DNA of 64,000 nt from the human T2T-CHM13v2.0 reference genome, Homo sapiens. Below the pieces are notes generated by a model, which saw nothing but the letters and a program-made list of their open reading frames with translations, had not been told where the DNA came from and searched no databases. The translations under genes were made by a program, and so were the position numbers. Below, piece by piece: positions 14,921 to 30,100 of this stretch; the first letter of the stretch is position 1, and each line of letters opens with the position of its first letter. The stretch lies in the NCBI RefSeq assembly GCF_009914755.1, contig NC_060925.1; one strand, written 5' to 3'.

Positions 14921-15869
14921 TCAATAGTTGATATTTTCTTTCACTCACTAGAGGAGGAAATTAACCATGGATCATGAAAAGCTGTAAAATCACATCCAAC
15001 TATTTGAATAAAATATTTTTTAATGTCCAGGACAATTGTAAGTTAGCAGTGAGTTCATTAGTAATCTATGTTCCATTGTCTCCCAAGTTATACTTTGGAA
15101 TCTTCCAGCATTTCATTGTGTCTGCTTCTGAGCACTAACCAAGCCACCAACACCTGCCACCATTCCATATAATTTATCATTGTGAATTGAACATTTCTAA
15201 TTTGTAAAAACAAAAAGCAAGGAAAGAAGTTGGCTTGGAATCCACTCTATGGCTCAAGTTATCTACCCTCTGGATACAATTACTTTGTTCAAAGTTGAAA
15301 ATGTCATCTCACTCAAAGATGTGAGATTATATTTATTATATTTCTCTATTTTTAAAGTATTTTAGGTATCATTATTTAGATTTCAATATTTTATTTTAAA
15401 ATTACTTTATTATAATTTACATATATTCCAAATTTTTGATTTTTTAAAAAATATATTTCCCTGAAGTAGTGGTCTGTATTTGCTTTAAATTGGTTTGTGT
15501 TTGCCAAACAAGGGGTTCCCCACTGTTGGAAGTGATGCTGGAATTATGACATAAAGGCAGCCATCTTGAAAAAGATCAATGCTGGCCAGGAACAAAAGCC
15601 AGAACAAGCTCCTTCCCTCCCATGTGAGTTCAGCGGCATAAATGCCCAAGGATACCGCTGGGCATATCATAGGTGCTAAAAAGAAAATCTATAACTGCCA
15701 CCTCCTCTCATTCCTAGCACCAATTATCTATCTGGTTTTATTATAGTTATAAGTGAGATAGAGAACATTTCATTCCTCATTCTAAGGAGATACTTTGCAT
15801 GGAGCCAGTAGTGCATGGATCCATAAAAGACAGAAAACACATCACCTCAGTAAGAAGATTCTTTAGCTA

Positions 15870-16166
15870 ATCAAATATCCCATTTTCATTTCCTTCCTGG
15901 ATATATGGGAAACTACACTTCCCAACTCCCAAGAAGTGAAACAGGGCCGGGCATTGAGATGTGGGTGGAAGTGCTGTGTAGCAAAGCCTTTACATCAATC
16001 TCTAGTCTTGTTAGTTGTATTTTATTTTCTCTTCTTCTGGTTTTAAAGGGCATTTGTTGAGGTTTCTATGTATCTGTTATCCCAAGTCATATAGAGAGCA
16101 TTGGGCATGTAGTATAAACCATAAATTACCTTTGGCTCTGTTTAAAACGCAGATTTGTCTTGTTAC
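15870..16166 (+). mobile_element. Old MLT1 LTR fragment
   Basis: aactacacttccca...tgagatgtgggtggaagtg...tttgtcttgttac. Confidence 0.45.
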
Positions 16167-17410
<1,244 letters not shown>

Positions 17411-17629
17411 TGTGGATGGTGGAAATCTACCTTTCCCTAATTATCTTCTTTTGAATCTGTGAGGAAGTTGCTTCTTTCTCCAGCTAGGTTTGAGATTCCT
17501 TGAATTTCAATTTCCTTATCATAGGAAAATGGAAATATTATATAAATACCAGCTGAAGCAGCGTGGCAGCAAGGAAGGAGCTTGATCTTGGACATCAGAC
17601 AAACTGGCTTCAAACTCCAGTTCCTAAGT

Positions 17630-17745
17630 TCACTCACATTTATTCAACCACAATTTACTGTTTAGAATGTGCCAGGCACTATGCTAGATGCCGGCTGGGA
17701 GGATACAGAGCTAAAGGCCATGGTGTCTACTGCTCTCAAAGACTG
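17630..17745 (-). mobile_element. L2 3' end fragment (preceded by a short MIR stub)
   Basis: tattcaacc...aatgtgccaggcactatgctagatg...ggatacagag...tgctctcaa. Confidence 0.65.
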
Positions 17746-17984
17746 GTATCTGAGCCTTGTTACCTTCTGTCTTCTTAGCCTACTCCTACCTCCTTTCAAA
17801 AGGGCCATCCCTACTTATATCTCAGGTCTCCACATAAATTCACTTCCAAAGGGAACTTTGACATGGTCTTAGGAGACAGAATAGAGGCCCATCCTATGTG
17901 CTCTCTCATAAAAGCAATGGAAAGTTCTATTAATTTTACCCACCAAAGCTGTCCACTTTCCTCTGTCTCCAGCACCAGCCATCT

Positions 17985-18660
17985 GGCCCACATGACTTTC
18001 TTTCATCTCTTGCCTGGACTTCTATAGTGGTCTCCTAACTATTCCCTCCACATTCTCTTTTGCTCCTCAAATCTATGGGCTACCCCACAGCCAGAGAGAT
18101 CTTTTCAAAAATCAAACATGAACTAATTCCTGTTATTCAATATGCCACAGTAAGTCTTCACCCACAAAACCTTTCATTGTGTTCCCATTGCTCCTAGGAG
18201 AGAGATCAGAAGCCTTCATGTGACAAAATGCCTGGCTTTAAACATTGCCTCTCCTATCTGCACCAGCCACACTGACTTCTTTTCTTTTCTCCAAGAAAAG
18301 GAAGCCATGCTCCCTTCTGCAAGGGGCTTTTTTAATGCAGTATGCAGTCTGCCTAATAGGCTCTGGCACCATCTACCTCTTCAACTGGCTTTAATCCTCC
18401 TCTTTCAATCATCACTTCCTGGAGGAAGCTTTCCCTGAGAACAGTTCCTCCAGTATAGGTTCACATAGCCCATGCACCTCTCCTTAGCATTTATCTCTGT
18501 TGTAACTTTACCTTCTGTTTAAAAAAATTGTGTAATTCTTTAATGCGTGCCTTTCCTCCCCGCACTGTCATTCTACTTCCATGCTAAGTTCTATGGGGCC
18601 TTTGTTTTTGTTCACCTCAGCTCCTGACAGTGTTGGAGCTCAATATTTGACTAATCAAAT
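17985..18660 (+). mobile_element. L2 fragment
   Basis: cacagccagagagatcttttcaaaa...ttcccattgctc...agccacactgacttctt...ctcaatatttgact. Confidence 0.75.
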
Positions 18661-18669
18661 AGAAGCAGC

Positions 18670-19010
18670 TGAAACATTTTTAAGCAGAGTAGGGATCTGA
18701 GGCAGGTAGGATGCAATCAGATTTATTCGGGCCACAGTGGATTGGAGGGTTAAGACTGAGTAAGAAGGAATGAAGGGAGACCGATCAGGATGTTATTACA
18801 ATCCTACAATGAGAGATGATGATAGCTTGTTTGGGAGATGGTAGTGGCAGTCAGGAGAAGTGTACAGATTTGATAGCTATTTAGGATCAAAACATGACAG
18901 CACTTGTTCATGGCTTGGCTATGAGAGAATGTCAGAGAGGGAGGAATCAAGGATGATGTTTTTTAGGATCCTGAGCAATTTGATGGAAGGGGTGTCAAAC
19001 TTTAAGTCAA
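18670..19010 (-). mobile_element. L2 fragment
   Basis: ttttaagcagag...gagagatgatgatagcttg...ggagaagtgtacagattt...ggaatcaaggatga. Confidence 0.7.
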
Positions 19011-19841
19011 AAGACCTTGAAATAGGTCCAGCCTAAAGATAGGTTTCTTTGGGAAGGGGACCTAGAGAAGGTTCTGGGGTTTTTCTGTGGACTTACTGGA
19101 GTATTTCTAGAGTCATGTTTAGTATTTTTGCAAGAGTTCATTATTGAGTCCCAGCATAAGGGCACTCAAAATTTATTGCAAGGTCACTATCTGATTGTTT
19201 TAAACACCTGATGATTTGCAAAACTGCTAAGAGTCTTAGCAAACAATGCAAATAAGCCTTCAGCTCAGGGTGCCAGCATTTATTGCCTTAACTACTTTTA
19301 CATGGAAATTGTATTAATCTTGCACCAACTTACTTGAACGGCTTGCTGTTGTCGAGAGCTGTATTCCCAACTCATTCTCCAACTTAAGACTGGGATATTA
19401 GATGATTAAGAAGTTTCTGATCCTTCTGTTCTCTTGATGTTTTGATAATAATAATAATATCTGCTTCTAAAAAGAATAAGCTAAGGTGAGCTTGTTTGTA
19501 GAATGAGCCCATTGTGATCTGACTCATTTCCTTTCTAATAAGCCCAAAGAGCTTCCCACTTACTCACTTAGTTTTCCACTGGTTCTCTCAGCTCATCATT
19601 TTAGAGACCAAAAAAATAAAAGGTACATAATGTTTTGTTGGTTCAAGGAAAATTTTGTGAGACATGTACCCTATACTCCCACAAGAATTTGGAAATAAGA
19701 TGGCTGATTTAGAGTAAAGCTAATAAAAAAAAGACACCCCTGATGAATGAGATTATCTGCTGGTAAAAATAATCGCAGAGATGAGCTGTCAGCATGCAAT
19801 TGATGAAGCCTGGAATTAATCTCAAGAATGAAATGAGGGAC

Positions 19842-20271
19842 TGTATTAGTTTCCTAGAGTTGTCATAAGTGTCGTAAACTGGGTAACTTAAACAACGGAA
19901 ATTTATACTCTCAGAGTTGTGTGTAGTCTGACATCAAGGTGTCAGCAGGATTGGTTCCTTCTGAGGTCTGCCAAGTTTGTTCCATGCCCCCTCCTAGCTT
20001 GTGAAGTTTACGGGCAATTCTCGGCTTTCCTTGATGTGGAGATTGGATCACCCCAATCTCTGCCTTCATCTTCACAAAGTGTTCCCCTGCATGCATATTT
20101 GTCTCTGTGTCCAAATTCCCCCTTTTTTATAAGGGCATGGTTGTACTGCATTAAGATTATTATCTTAACTTGATCATCATCAAAGACCCTATTCCCAAAT
20201 AAGGTCACATTCACAGGCACTAGGGGTCAGGCTTTAACATGTTTTGGGAGGACACTATTCAGCCCCTAAGA
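19842..20271 (-). mobile_element. MLT1C-like MaLR solo LTR
   Basis: tgtattagtttcctag...aaacaacggaaattta...atcaaggtgtcagcagg...caaataaggtcacattcacagg. Confidence 0.88.
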
Positions 20272-21132
20272 GGGTTGTAAAGTTTAGTAAGCCAAATGGT
20301 AATTCATTGTATCCAGAGTGCCTTATCTGAAGAAAACCTTTGTGAACACAGCAAGATTCAGCCTAGAGAATCAAGGAAAGGTCAGCCAGACAAAAAACGT
20401 TTGGCAGCAGTGAGGGAGGGGCTTGGGTCAGTGGACTACATGGAGGATTTTCTAACTTTGTAAATAGTGGAACCATTTTTTTTCTAATGAAATCTTGAAC
20501 AAAACCCCAATAAATAAAACCAGTATAGGTAGAGCTGTTCTAGTGGCACCTTGGGTGGAAGGCCCAGAATTCCATCCACTGAACATCCTCTCACCCATCG
20601 AGAGTACTCTGTCCCATTGACAAGTGTATTTAATTAGCAGTGGACTCACAGATAAAGCTCTCAGAATATGTCACTGGCCCAGCCAACTCCTCTTTTTCTG
20701 AGTATATGTTCACTAAGAAATCTTTTGATTATAACATGTTTAACACAGTCAATGTCCTTGCAGGAAGAGATTGTCCTGAGAAGACAATTCATGTGTCTAG
20801 TCTCTTCAATAATTACATTTCTGCTTACGAAGTAGTATATTGTTTTGGTTTATATGTCAATTTCACGTGTGTTTATCTATCTTAGTGTCAGTGCCCCAAA
20901 GCCCTTTCACCTCTTGGTGCTGTGGTCAGGACTGCAAAGCAGAGAAACAGACTCTGAAGACCTCGTGAGGCCGTAGCAGCCCAGGAGACCTGGCTTTAGT
21001 TGCCAGCCAGGCCCCTAACATGACCTCACTGCTCCCCTCCAATTTCCTCCAATTATTAAACTGTATATGATTGAGGCATCCCAATATCTACTCCAGCATT
21101 TTTTCATTTCAAACCATTTTTGTTGTTTTAAA

Positions 21133-21345
21133 CCAAGATTTCTCAACCTCAACACTGACATTTTGAGTCAGATACTTCTTTGTTGGGGAAGGAAACAGCC
21201 TATACATTGTAGGGTGTTTAGCAACATCCTTGACCCCTACCCACTAGATGACAGGAGCACCACCCAAGTTGTGGCAACCAAAAATATCTCCAGACATTTC
21301 CAAATGTCTTCTGAGTGGGTACCACCCCTGACTGAAAATCGCTAT
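21133..21345. mobile_element. MER20 hAT DNA transposon
   Basis: ttctcaacctcaacactgacatttt...tacattgtagggtgtttagcaacatcc...ccactagatg...aaaaatatctccagacatt. Confidence 0.88.
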
Positions 21346-21517
21346 TCTGAATGCAGACTCTAGAACCAGGGAAATTATTCCTAACATTGTCTCCAGGGGA
21401 GATGGTAGGCTTAAAGGAGAGTTGACCAGTATCTGCCACAGATTACTAATAGCTGGACTTTTCTGCCATGTAACTTCAATCCTGTGAGGTGTTTCATCTC
21501 ATTTACCAAAGAGGAAA

Positions 21518-22237
21518 TGTTACTGAAATACTGAGGGTTTGGTCTAAGTCCTGCTGCTCACCACACAGAAAGCTAATCACTGAAATGAGTATTGCCAAGG
21601 AAGACGGCTTTAATTGGGTGCTGCAGCCAAGGAGATGGGAGCTCGGTCTCAAATCTATCTCCCTGACCAACTAAAAGTAGGGGTTTATATAGCAGGGAAG
21701 AAATGTAACAGTGTGTAAGAAAACACCGAGGGGAATGGAGGCATCTGGTGCCCTAATCTGGTGAGTTTGAGTTTCCGTTCTTTGACACTTTTTTTTTTTT
21801 TTGAGATGGAGTCTTGCTCTGTCACCCAGGCTGGAGTGCAATGGCACAGTCTTGGCTCACTGCAACCTCTGCCTGTTGGGTTCAAGCAATTCTCCCTGCC
21901 TCAACCTCCCCAGTAGCTGAGACTCCAGGCACCCACCACCATGCCTGGCTAATTTTGGTATTTTTAGTAGAGATGGTGTTTCACCTTGTTGGCCAGGCTG
22001 GTCTCGAATTCCTGACCTCAGGTGATCTCTGCCCGCCTCAGCCTCCCAAAATGCTGAGATTACAGGTGTGAGCCACCACACCTGGCCCTTTGATACTTTT
22101 TTTTGAGAGGCCTGATGATCCTTTTCTGAGAAAGGCACTCAGATAAAACAAATACAAGTTTCAAGCTTTAACAGCAGAAAGATCAATTTCTATGTTTATC
22201 AAAAAGAAAAGTCTATGGAACTATTGGGTTGGTTTCA
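21518..22237 (-). mobile_element. LTR47-like solo LTR with an internal Alu
   Basis: Reverse strand starts tgaaaccaacccaatagttccatagac and ends ...tttcagtaaca; near-TSD gaaa/taaa. Confidence 0.75.
21789..22087 (-). mobile_element. Alu (AluS)
   Basis: TSD ctttgacactt / ctttgatactt. Confidence 0.97.
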
Positions 22238-22779
22238 TAAATACCCCTCTGGAAAGTGTTACAATATGTGTGAGGGCAGTTTGTTACCAGAATAAGAAAC
22301 AGAATATTCACCATTCTTCTATCTATGATGGTCAGAGTAGGTTTCCCAAGGAGGTCACATCTAAACTGGATATTGAAGTATAAAGAGAAGTTTCTAGGCA
22401 GTCAAAATAGAAAAGAGGATTGCAAGCAAAAAGGACAGCTGGCATAAAATACACGGGCCCAAACTTTAACTACTTATAAAGATAGTTTGATTACTTCTGC
22501 TGATTTCAAACAAATCATTCAATTGATCTTTTTTATAATGGAATTTTTAAAAAGTCATTCCTAAGTGGTATGCCATCTAGCCCTGGGTATTTTCTATGTA
22601 AAATGGGAGAGAGACAAGTTATTATGAATGAGAAGGCATCACTGATACAGTTACTATAAACACAGACTCATCTTCATAGATGAAAGTTGCCTGGGGGGGT
22701 TCTCTAGGCCTTGGAAGGAATTTTTTTTACGTTGGAATGTCCTAACACCATAAAATGTATGTTTTTAAAAATCACAGTA

Positions 22780-23815
22780 TAGCAATTTTTCTTTTTTCTT
22801 TTTACATGCCCAAAGCTATACATATTTTACGTTTACAACTCAATGAGTTTGGAAATAAGTATACACCATTGAAACAATCACCAACATCAAGGCCATGGAT
22901 GTATCCATCCCCTCCAAAAGTTTCCTCCCATTCCATTTCTTTATTTATTGTGAGAATACTTAACATAAGATCTAGCCTCCTAGCAAATTTTAAGTATACA
23001 GTACAGTATTGTTAACTACAGGCATTATACTGTCTATTCAATCTTCAGAATTTGTCTTTCATAACTGAAATGTACCTTTTGACCATTATCTCCCCATTTC
23101 TCCCAACTCCCCAGCACCTGACAACTATGGTTAGACTCTGTTTCTATGAGTCTTACTATTTTAGATTCTGTACATAAGTGAGATCCTACAGTATTTGTTT
23201 TTCTGTTCCCAGCTTTTTTCACTTAGCATTATGTCCTCCAGGTCCATCTACATTGTTGCAAATGGCAAAAATTTTCTTTTTATTGGTTGCATTGTATGTA
23301 TATATCACATTTTGTTTAGTCATTTGTCCACTGATAGACATTTAGGTTGTTTCCATATCTTGGCTATTGTGAATAGTGCTGCAATAAACGTGAAAATGCA
23401 GTTATCTCTTTAAGATTCTGATGCCAATTCTTTAGATAAATACCCAGGAGTGAGATTGCTGGATCATATGGTAGCCCTATTTTTAATTTTTTCAGGAACT
23501 CCCATACTGTCCATAAAGACTGCCAATTTACATTTCTAGAAAGAGTGTACCAGGGTTTCCTTTTCTCCACATCCTCACCAACACTTCTCTTCTTAAAAAA
23601 AAAAAGATAAGAGCCATTATTACAGGTGTAAAGTGATATCTCCTTGTGGTTTTGATTTGCATTTCTCTGATAATTAGTGATGCTGAGCACCTTTTATATA
23701 CCTGTTGGCCATTGTGTCTGTTCAAGTCCTTTGCCCATTTTTAATAGGGCTTTTGCTTTTATGCTATTGAATTGCAGGAGTTTCTTATATATTTTCGATA
23801 TTAACACCTTATCAG
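22780..23815 (-). mobile_element. L1MA/L1MB 3' fragment (ORF2 C-terminus and 3' UTR)
   Basis: ORF track peptides LKIGLPYDPAISLLGIY and [17 protein letters not shown]. Confidence 0.88.
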
Positions 23816-26800
23816 GAAACATTTTAATAGTTTTATGAATACTGACTTTAAGCTTTCTTCCTTAATCTAACTGGCCTGTTTACTAAAAACATTTGAAAGA
23901 GTGTATTGTGATCTTCATATGGTATAAGGGAATGTCAATGAAAATCTTAGGGACAAATGAGCTTTCCACTGCAATTTTAATAAGATAGAAAAGAATATCT
24001 AGTTTCTGCCCTAATATATGTTTGTGGAGCTGGCAATCAAAATGGGACTTCAGATATTGATTACAATCAAGACTGTGTGCCAGTAATACTGCATATAAGC
24101 CATCCTGTCATAAATTTTCTATTCAGGGATGCAAACAACTGCTGCTCTCTTTCTAGACTACAGCTCCAGACTGCACACTGGAAGCACTAACATAATAATT
24201 CCAGAGCCTGGTAGAGTGACCCAGTGCTCTCTTACACTTCGATGCTGCCAAACATCCACAAAGCAGGACCTAACTCTGTAGACTCAGTTCCAGTTCAGAG
24301 AGCTGGACTGAAATATCACCTTTTAGCTAATTTTCTGTGAGAGTCTACGTGACAGAACCCTTTTTTGACATTCAAGATGGAGAAGGCATAGGAAAGAAGA
24401 ATGGGCACCAAACAGTCATCATGAAATTTATCTTTTATTGCCATATTACATATCAGTAGGAAAGATGAGAGATTGAAAGGAAAAGTTATTCAGGCAACTA
24501 GGGCTTATGAGTACATCATGAGTTGTAAACTTTATATATATACTCCTGATTTTTCTGGCTCAGCACTTTTCTAGGAGTAGAAAGAACCTAAATACCATAG
24601 TTCTATGCCCAAAAGGAATGAGGTTTCTTAACTCCATATGCAATGTTAGATATAAACTTTGTAAACTCCATATCTTTCATAAATAAATATTTAATTTAGT
24701 TGAAATTGAAAAGAAACCATAAAACCCAAGTTTTGTTTTATTTGCTGAAAACCTTAGAAAGAAAAATGATGTTGATCTTTTGATAATTAAGCAATGATGC
24801 AGTCATAATTTTTTGTTTTACAGGTTAACAGAGAATTTTGGAGAGCTCTTCCCAGAGTGAACTTAGACTGCAGAAGCTCAATATCACCCTCAGAAAGAAA
24901 GCCTGAGCTGATCACAACTTTGAGGTATGAAACTCTGTACACGTTGAGGCATAAAGCCATATTATATCAACCCAGCACCAATGTAACAATTAATTCAGAC
25001 AAAACATTAAAAATAAAAGTTAAGCAGATTGTTTCATTCTTTGAAGACAAAATAAGTAGCTCAGTGAATTATTCATATTAGCTAGTGGCAGGTACATTGT
25101 TCTGTGCTTGAATTCTCAATAGCTTTGCTGATGATCATAATATCACCTAGCATGCCCTCCTTTATCCCCTTTAGGGTCTTCCCCAAAAACAAAGACTTTT
25201 ATGATGTTCAGCACCTGACACATTGTTTTCCAGTTCCCAATTCAGGACACAAAAGATCTTGCTTTAAGTCCCACTGTACATTCAAATGGCCTATTCAGTC
25301 TATGTGCATCTCTCTTCTACTAAAAATTTAATTAATCCAGATGCTTAGCTAATTTAACATTTCTAAACTGCGTTACTTCATATTCCTACTTACATACCAG
25401 GACTTACAAAAGCTCTGCCATAGAAACAATTTTCTTTTTGGTATCCTGGAAGGAGGAAGTTCCAATTCAGTGTTCAGCAGCATAACTCCCTTACTGAAGT
25501 TCCATTTTTTAGTGAAGGAGCTGTCCAGTGCTGAAATCTTGAAAGCCTTCGCCCAACAATACTGAGTTTTAAATATAAATCTAAAGCTTATTAATTTGAT
25601 TCCCCCACCCCCATCTCACTATTACACTCTGGCCCTATTTTTAATTCTTCTCCCATCAATCTCTACTTATTCAATGACCTGGCCTGAAATAATTTCTACA
25701 TGAAAAAGTCAAGTCAAACAAATTTTGGCCTTTTGATTAGCTTTTTTTTTTTTTTTTTGCCTTTGTATCCTGTCCATAAACCTCATCTTAGGTTTATAAA
25801 ACTATGTGTAAGTGAGAGAGTAGAGTTTACTGAAGTTCACGTAGTGACAGAGTATCCTAACTATTTTATGTTTTTAATTCTTCACTATTTTAAGTGAAGA
25901 ATAAATAACTGGGAAAGACTATTATTGTGAAGGTAGGAGACTTAGTTTCTCGTCCCATCTACTGTTAGGTTTGGGAGACTGCACAAGTTATTTAACTTTA
26001 TTATCTAAGTTTCCTGATTAATATGTAAAAAAGAAGGGACTTATAGTTATTTTTAAGGATCTTTCTTGCTTTACTATTTTATGAACCTGTGAACTTTTTC
26101 AGCAGCATCCTATCAAATATTGGTTGATGCTTAAAACAAATTTCTGGGAATAACTTCAATCTTTTTAACCAGTGTCTTATCTGACATACAAAGCACATTA
26201 TTATTTTTATTCCTGTCTTATAATTTTATTTCAACCAATGGCCTCTTGTCAACTAAACTTTATGGGGTACAACTCCACAAATCCTATTGATCAGAGAGAG
26301 AATTTTTCTATAAAGCAAAATTTGGATCTTTTCATCCCTCATGTATGAAACATCCTATAAATCTGACAAAACATAATTGCAATTGAAAGGAGCCTATTTG
26401 GCAGATTTTACTGAGTGCTGAGAATCTGAAATCATTATACCCCAATCTGCCATTAAATTTGGAAGAATCAGTAGACAAATGGAAGCTTCATTTTTAAGCT
26501 ACTGATGAGAAAAAATCATTAGAAACTATTCTGGTTTAAAGAAATGAAGTTACTATTTTTCAGTCTTACCCACGTTTCAGAAAATCATAAATCAGAAGAA
26601 AATAAGAAATAGCATTTTATGCATTTGGAGTATATATAATAATTCAGCGTCATTTTTATATTCCTTGGAAAAGAATTTTTACTCTCAGTTTTAAATCTAC
26701 ATTGGTGATTTGTTATTAGTTAACTACAATAATAAAGACACCAAGAGAATATCTACCATATACAGTATAGTGCACAAATGCTAGAAAGTCCAAGTTTTGC

Positions 26801-27103
26801 AATCATCATGATTTTTCTGATTACTATTTAGGGTCTTTTGGGCTTAAATCCACAAATTTAATAGTGGTTTTTAAAGATTTCAACTGCACCCAATCAACTT
26901 ACAAATCTAGTCCAATACCAAGAAATACTTCTAATAGGATTTTCCGCATAACTTGACAAAGCTAATTCATTTGAAAGTGAAAGCAAATCTCATTTTAAGA
27001 ATGTTTTTAAAAATGAACAATCAAACAGAAAGGTTGTAAGAATCAACAAAACACTTTTGAAAAAAAGAGAAATAGTGAGCCTGCTATGGTATATACCAAA
27101 AAA

Positions 27104-30100
27104 TTTTTTTCTTTTCTTTTTTATTTTTCTATAGGCTACTGGAGTACAGATAGTGTTTGGTTACATAAGTTCTTTAGTGGTAATTTGTGAGATTTTGGTG
27201 CACCCATCAACCAAGCAGTATATACCGCACCCTATTTGTAGTCTTTTATCCTTCACCTCCCTCCCACCCTTCCTCCCAGGTCCCCAAAATCCATTGTGTC
27301 ATTCTTATGCCTTTGTGTCCTCATAGCTTAGCTCCCACAGATTAGTGAGAACATACGATGTTTGGTTTTCCATCCCTGAGTTACTTCTCTTAAAATAATA
27401 GTCTCCAGTCTCATCCAGGTCACTGCAAATGCTGTTAATTCATTCCTTTTTATGACTGTGTAGTATTCCATTGTGTATATATATGCCACAGTTTACCTAC
27501 TTGTTGATTGATGGGCATTTGGGTTGGTTCCACGATTTCACAATTGTGAATTGTGCTGCTACAAACATGCATGTGCAAGTATCTTTCTCATATAATGACT
27601 TCTTTTCTTCTGGGTAGATACTCAGTAGTGGGATTGCTGGATCAAATGGTAGTTCTACTTTTAGTCCTTTAAGGAATCTCCACACTGTTTTCCATAGTGG
27701 CTGTACTAGTTTACATTCCCACCAGCAGTGTAGAAGTGTTTCCTCTTCACCACATCCACACCGACATCTACTGTTTCTTGATTTTTTGATTATGGCCATT
27801 CTTGCAGGAGTAAGGTGGTATCGCATTGGGGTTTTGATTTGCATTTCCCTAATCATTAGTGATGTTGAGTATTTTTTCATATGTTTGTTGGCCATTCGTT
27901 TACCTTCTTTTGAAAATTGTCTATTCATGTACTTAGCCCACTTTCTGATGGGGTCGTTTTTTTCTTGCTGATTTGTTTGAGTTCATTGTAGATTCTGGAT
28001 ATTAGTCCTTTGTCTGATGTGTAGATTGTGAAGATTTTCTCCCACTCTGCGTGTTGTCTGTTTATTCTGCTGACTGTTCCTTTTGCTGTGAAAAAGCTTT
28101 TTAGCTTAATTATGTCCCAGCTATTTATCTTTGTTTTTATTGCATTTGCTTTTGGGTTCTTGGTCATGAAATCCTTCCCTAAGCCAATGCCTAGAGGGTT
28201 TTTCCAATGTTGTCTTCTAGAATTTTTATAGTTTCAGGTCTGATATTTAAGTCCTTAATCCATCTTGAGTTAATTTTTGTATAAGGTGAGAGATGAGGTT
28301 ACAGTTTCCTTCTCCTACATGTGTCTAGCCAATTATCCCAGCACCATTTGTTGAAAACAGTGTCCTTTCCTCACCTTATGTTTTTGTTTGCTTTGTTAAA
28401 GATCATTTGGCTGTAAGTATTTGGGTTTATTTCTGGGTTCTCTATTCTTTTCCATTGGTCTATGTGCCTATTTTTATACTGGTACCATACTGTTTGGGCG
28501 GCTATGGCCTTATAGTATAGTTTGAAATCAGGTAATGTGATGCCTCCAGATTTGTTCTTTTGCTTAGGTTTGCTTTGGGTGTGCAGGCTGTTTTTTTGGT
28601 TCCATATGAATTTTAGGATTGTTTTTTCTAATTCTGTAAGAATAATGGTGGTATTTTGATGGGGATTGCATTGAATTTATAGATTGCTTTTGACAGTATG
28701 GTCATTTTCACAATATTGATTTTACCCATCCATGAGCATGGGATGTGTTTCCATTTGTGTCATCTATGATTTCTTTCAGCAGTGTTTTGTAGTTTTCCTT
28801 GTAGAGGTCTTTCACCTCCTTGGTTAGGTATATTCCCAAGCATTTTATGTTTTTTGCAGCTATTGTAGAAGGGGTTGAATTCTTGATTTGATTCTCCACT
28901 TGGTTGCTGTTGGTGTATAGAAGAGCTACTTATTTGTGTACATTAATTTTGCATCCAGGAATTTTGCTGCATTCTTCTATCAGTTGTAGGAGCTTTCTAG
29001 GGGAATCTTTAGGGTTTTCAAGGTAAACTGTCATATCATCAACAGTGACAGTTTGACTTCCTCTTTATCTGTTTGTATGCTCTTTATTTCTTTCTCTTGT
29101 CTGATTGCTCTGGCTAGGATTTCTAGTACTGTGTTGAAGAGGAGTGGTGAGAGTGGGCATCCTTGTCTTGTTCCAGTTCTCAGAGTGAATGCTTTCGACT
29201 TTTCCCCATTCAGTATTCTGTTGGCTGTGGGTTTGTCATAGATGGCTTTTATTACATTGAGGTATGTCCCTTGTATTCTGATTTTGCTGAAAGTTTTCAT
29301 CATAAAGGGATGCTGGATTTTGTCAAATGATTTTTCTGTATCTATTGACATGATCATGTGACTTTTGTTTTTAATTCTGTTTATGTGGTTTATCACATTT
29401 ATTGACTTGTGTATGCTAAACCATCCCTGCATCCGTGGTATGAAATCCACTTGATCGTGGTAAATTATCTTTTTGATATGTTGTTGGATTCAGTTAGCTA
29501 GTATTTTGTTAAAGATTTTAGCATCTATGTTCATCAGGGATATCAGTCTATACTTTTCTTTTTTGTTTATGTTCTTTCCTAGGTTTGGCATTAGGGTGAT
29601 GCTGGCTTCATAGAATGAATTAAGGAGAGTTCCCTCTTTCTCTGTTTTGTGGAATAGTGTCAATAGGATTGGTACCAATTCTTCTTTGAATGTCTGGTAG
29701 AATTCTGCTGCAAATCCATCTGGTCCTAGATTTTTTTTGTTGGTAATTTTTAAATTATCATTTCAATCTCACTGCTTGTTATTGGTCTGTTCAGGGTATC
29801 TACTTCTTCCTGATTTAAGCTAGGAAGGTTGTATTTTTCCAGGAATGTATCCATCTCATCTAGGTTTTCTAGTTTATGCATGTAAATGTGTTCATACTGG
29901 CCTCAAATTATCTTTTGTATTTCCGTGGTGTCAGTTGTAAAATCTCTCATTTCATTTCTTATTAAGGTTATTTGGATTTTCTCTCTTCTTTTCTTGGTTA
30001 ATCTTGCTAATGCTCTATCAATTTTATTTATCTTTTTGAAGAACCAGCTTTTTGTTTCATTTATCTTTTGTAATTTTTTTGTTTCAATTCACTTAATTCT

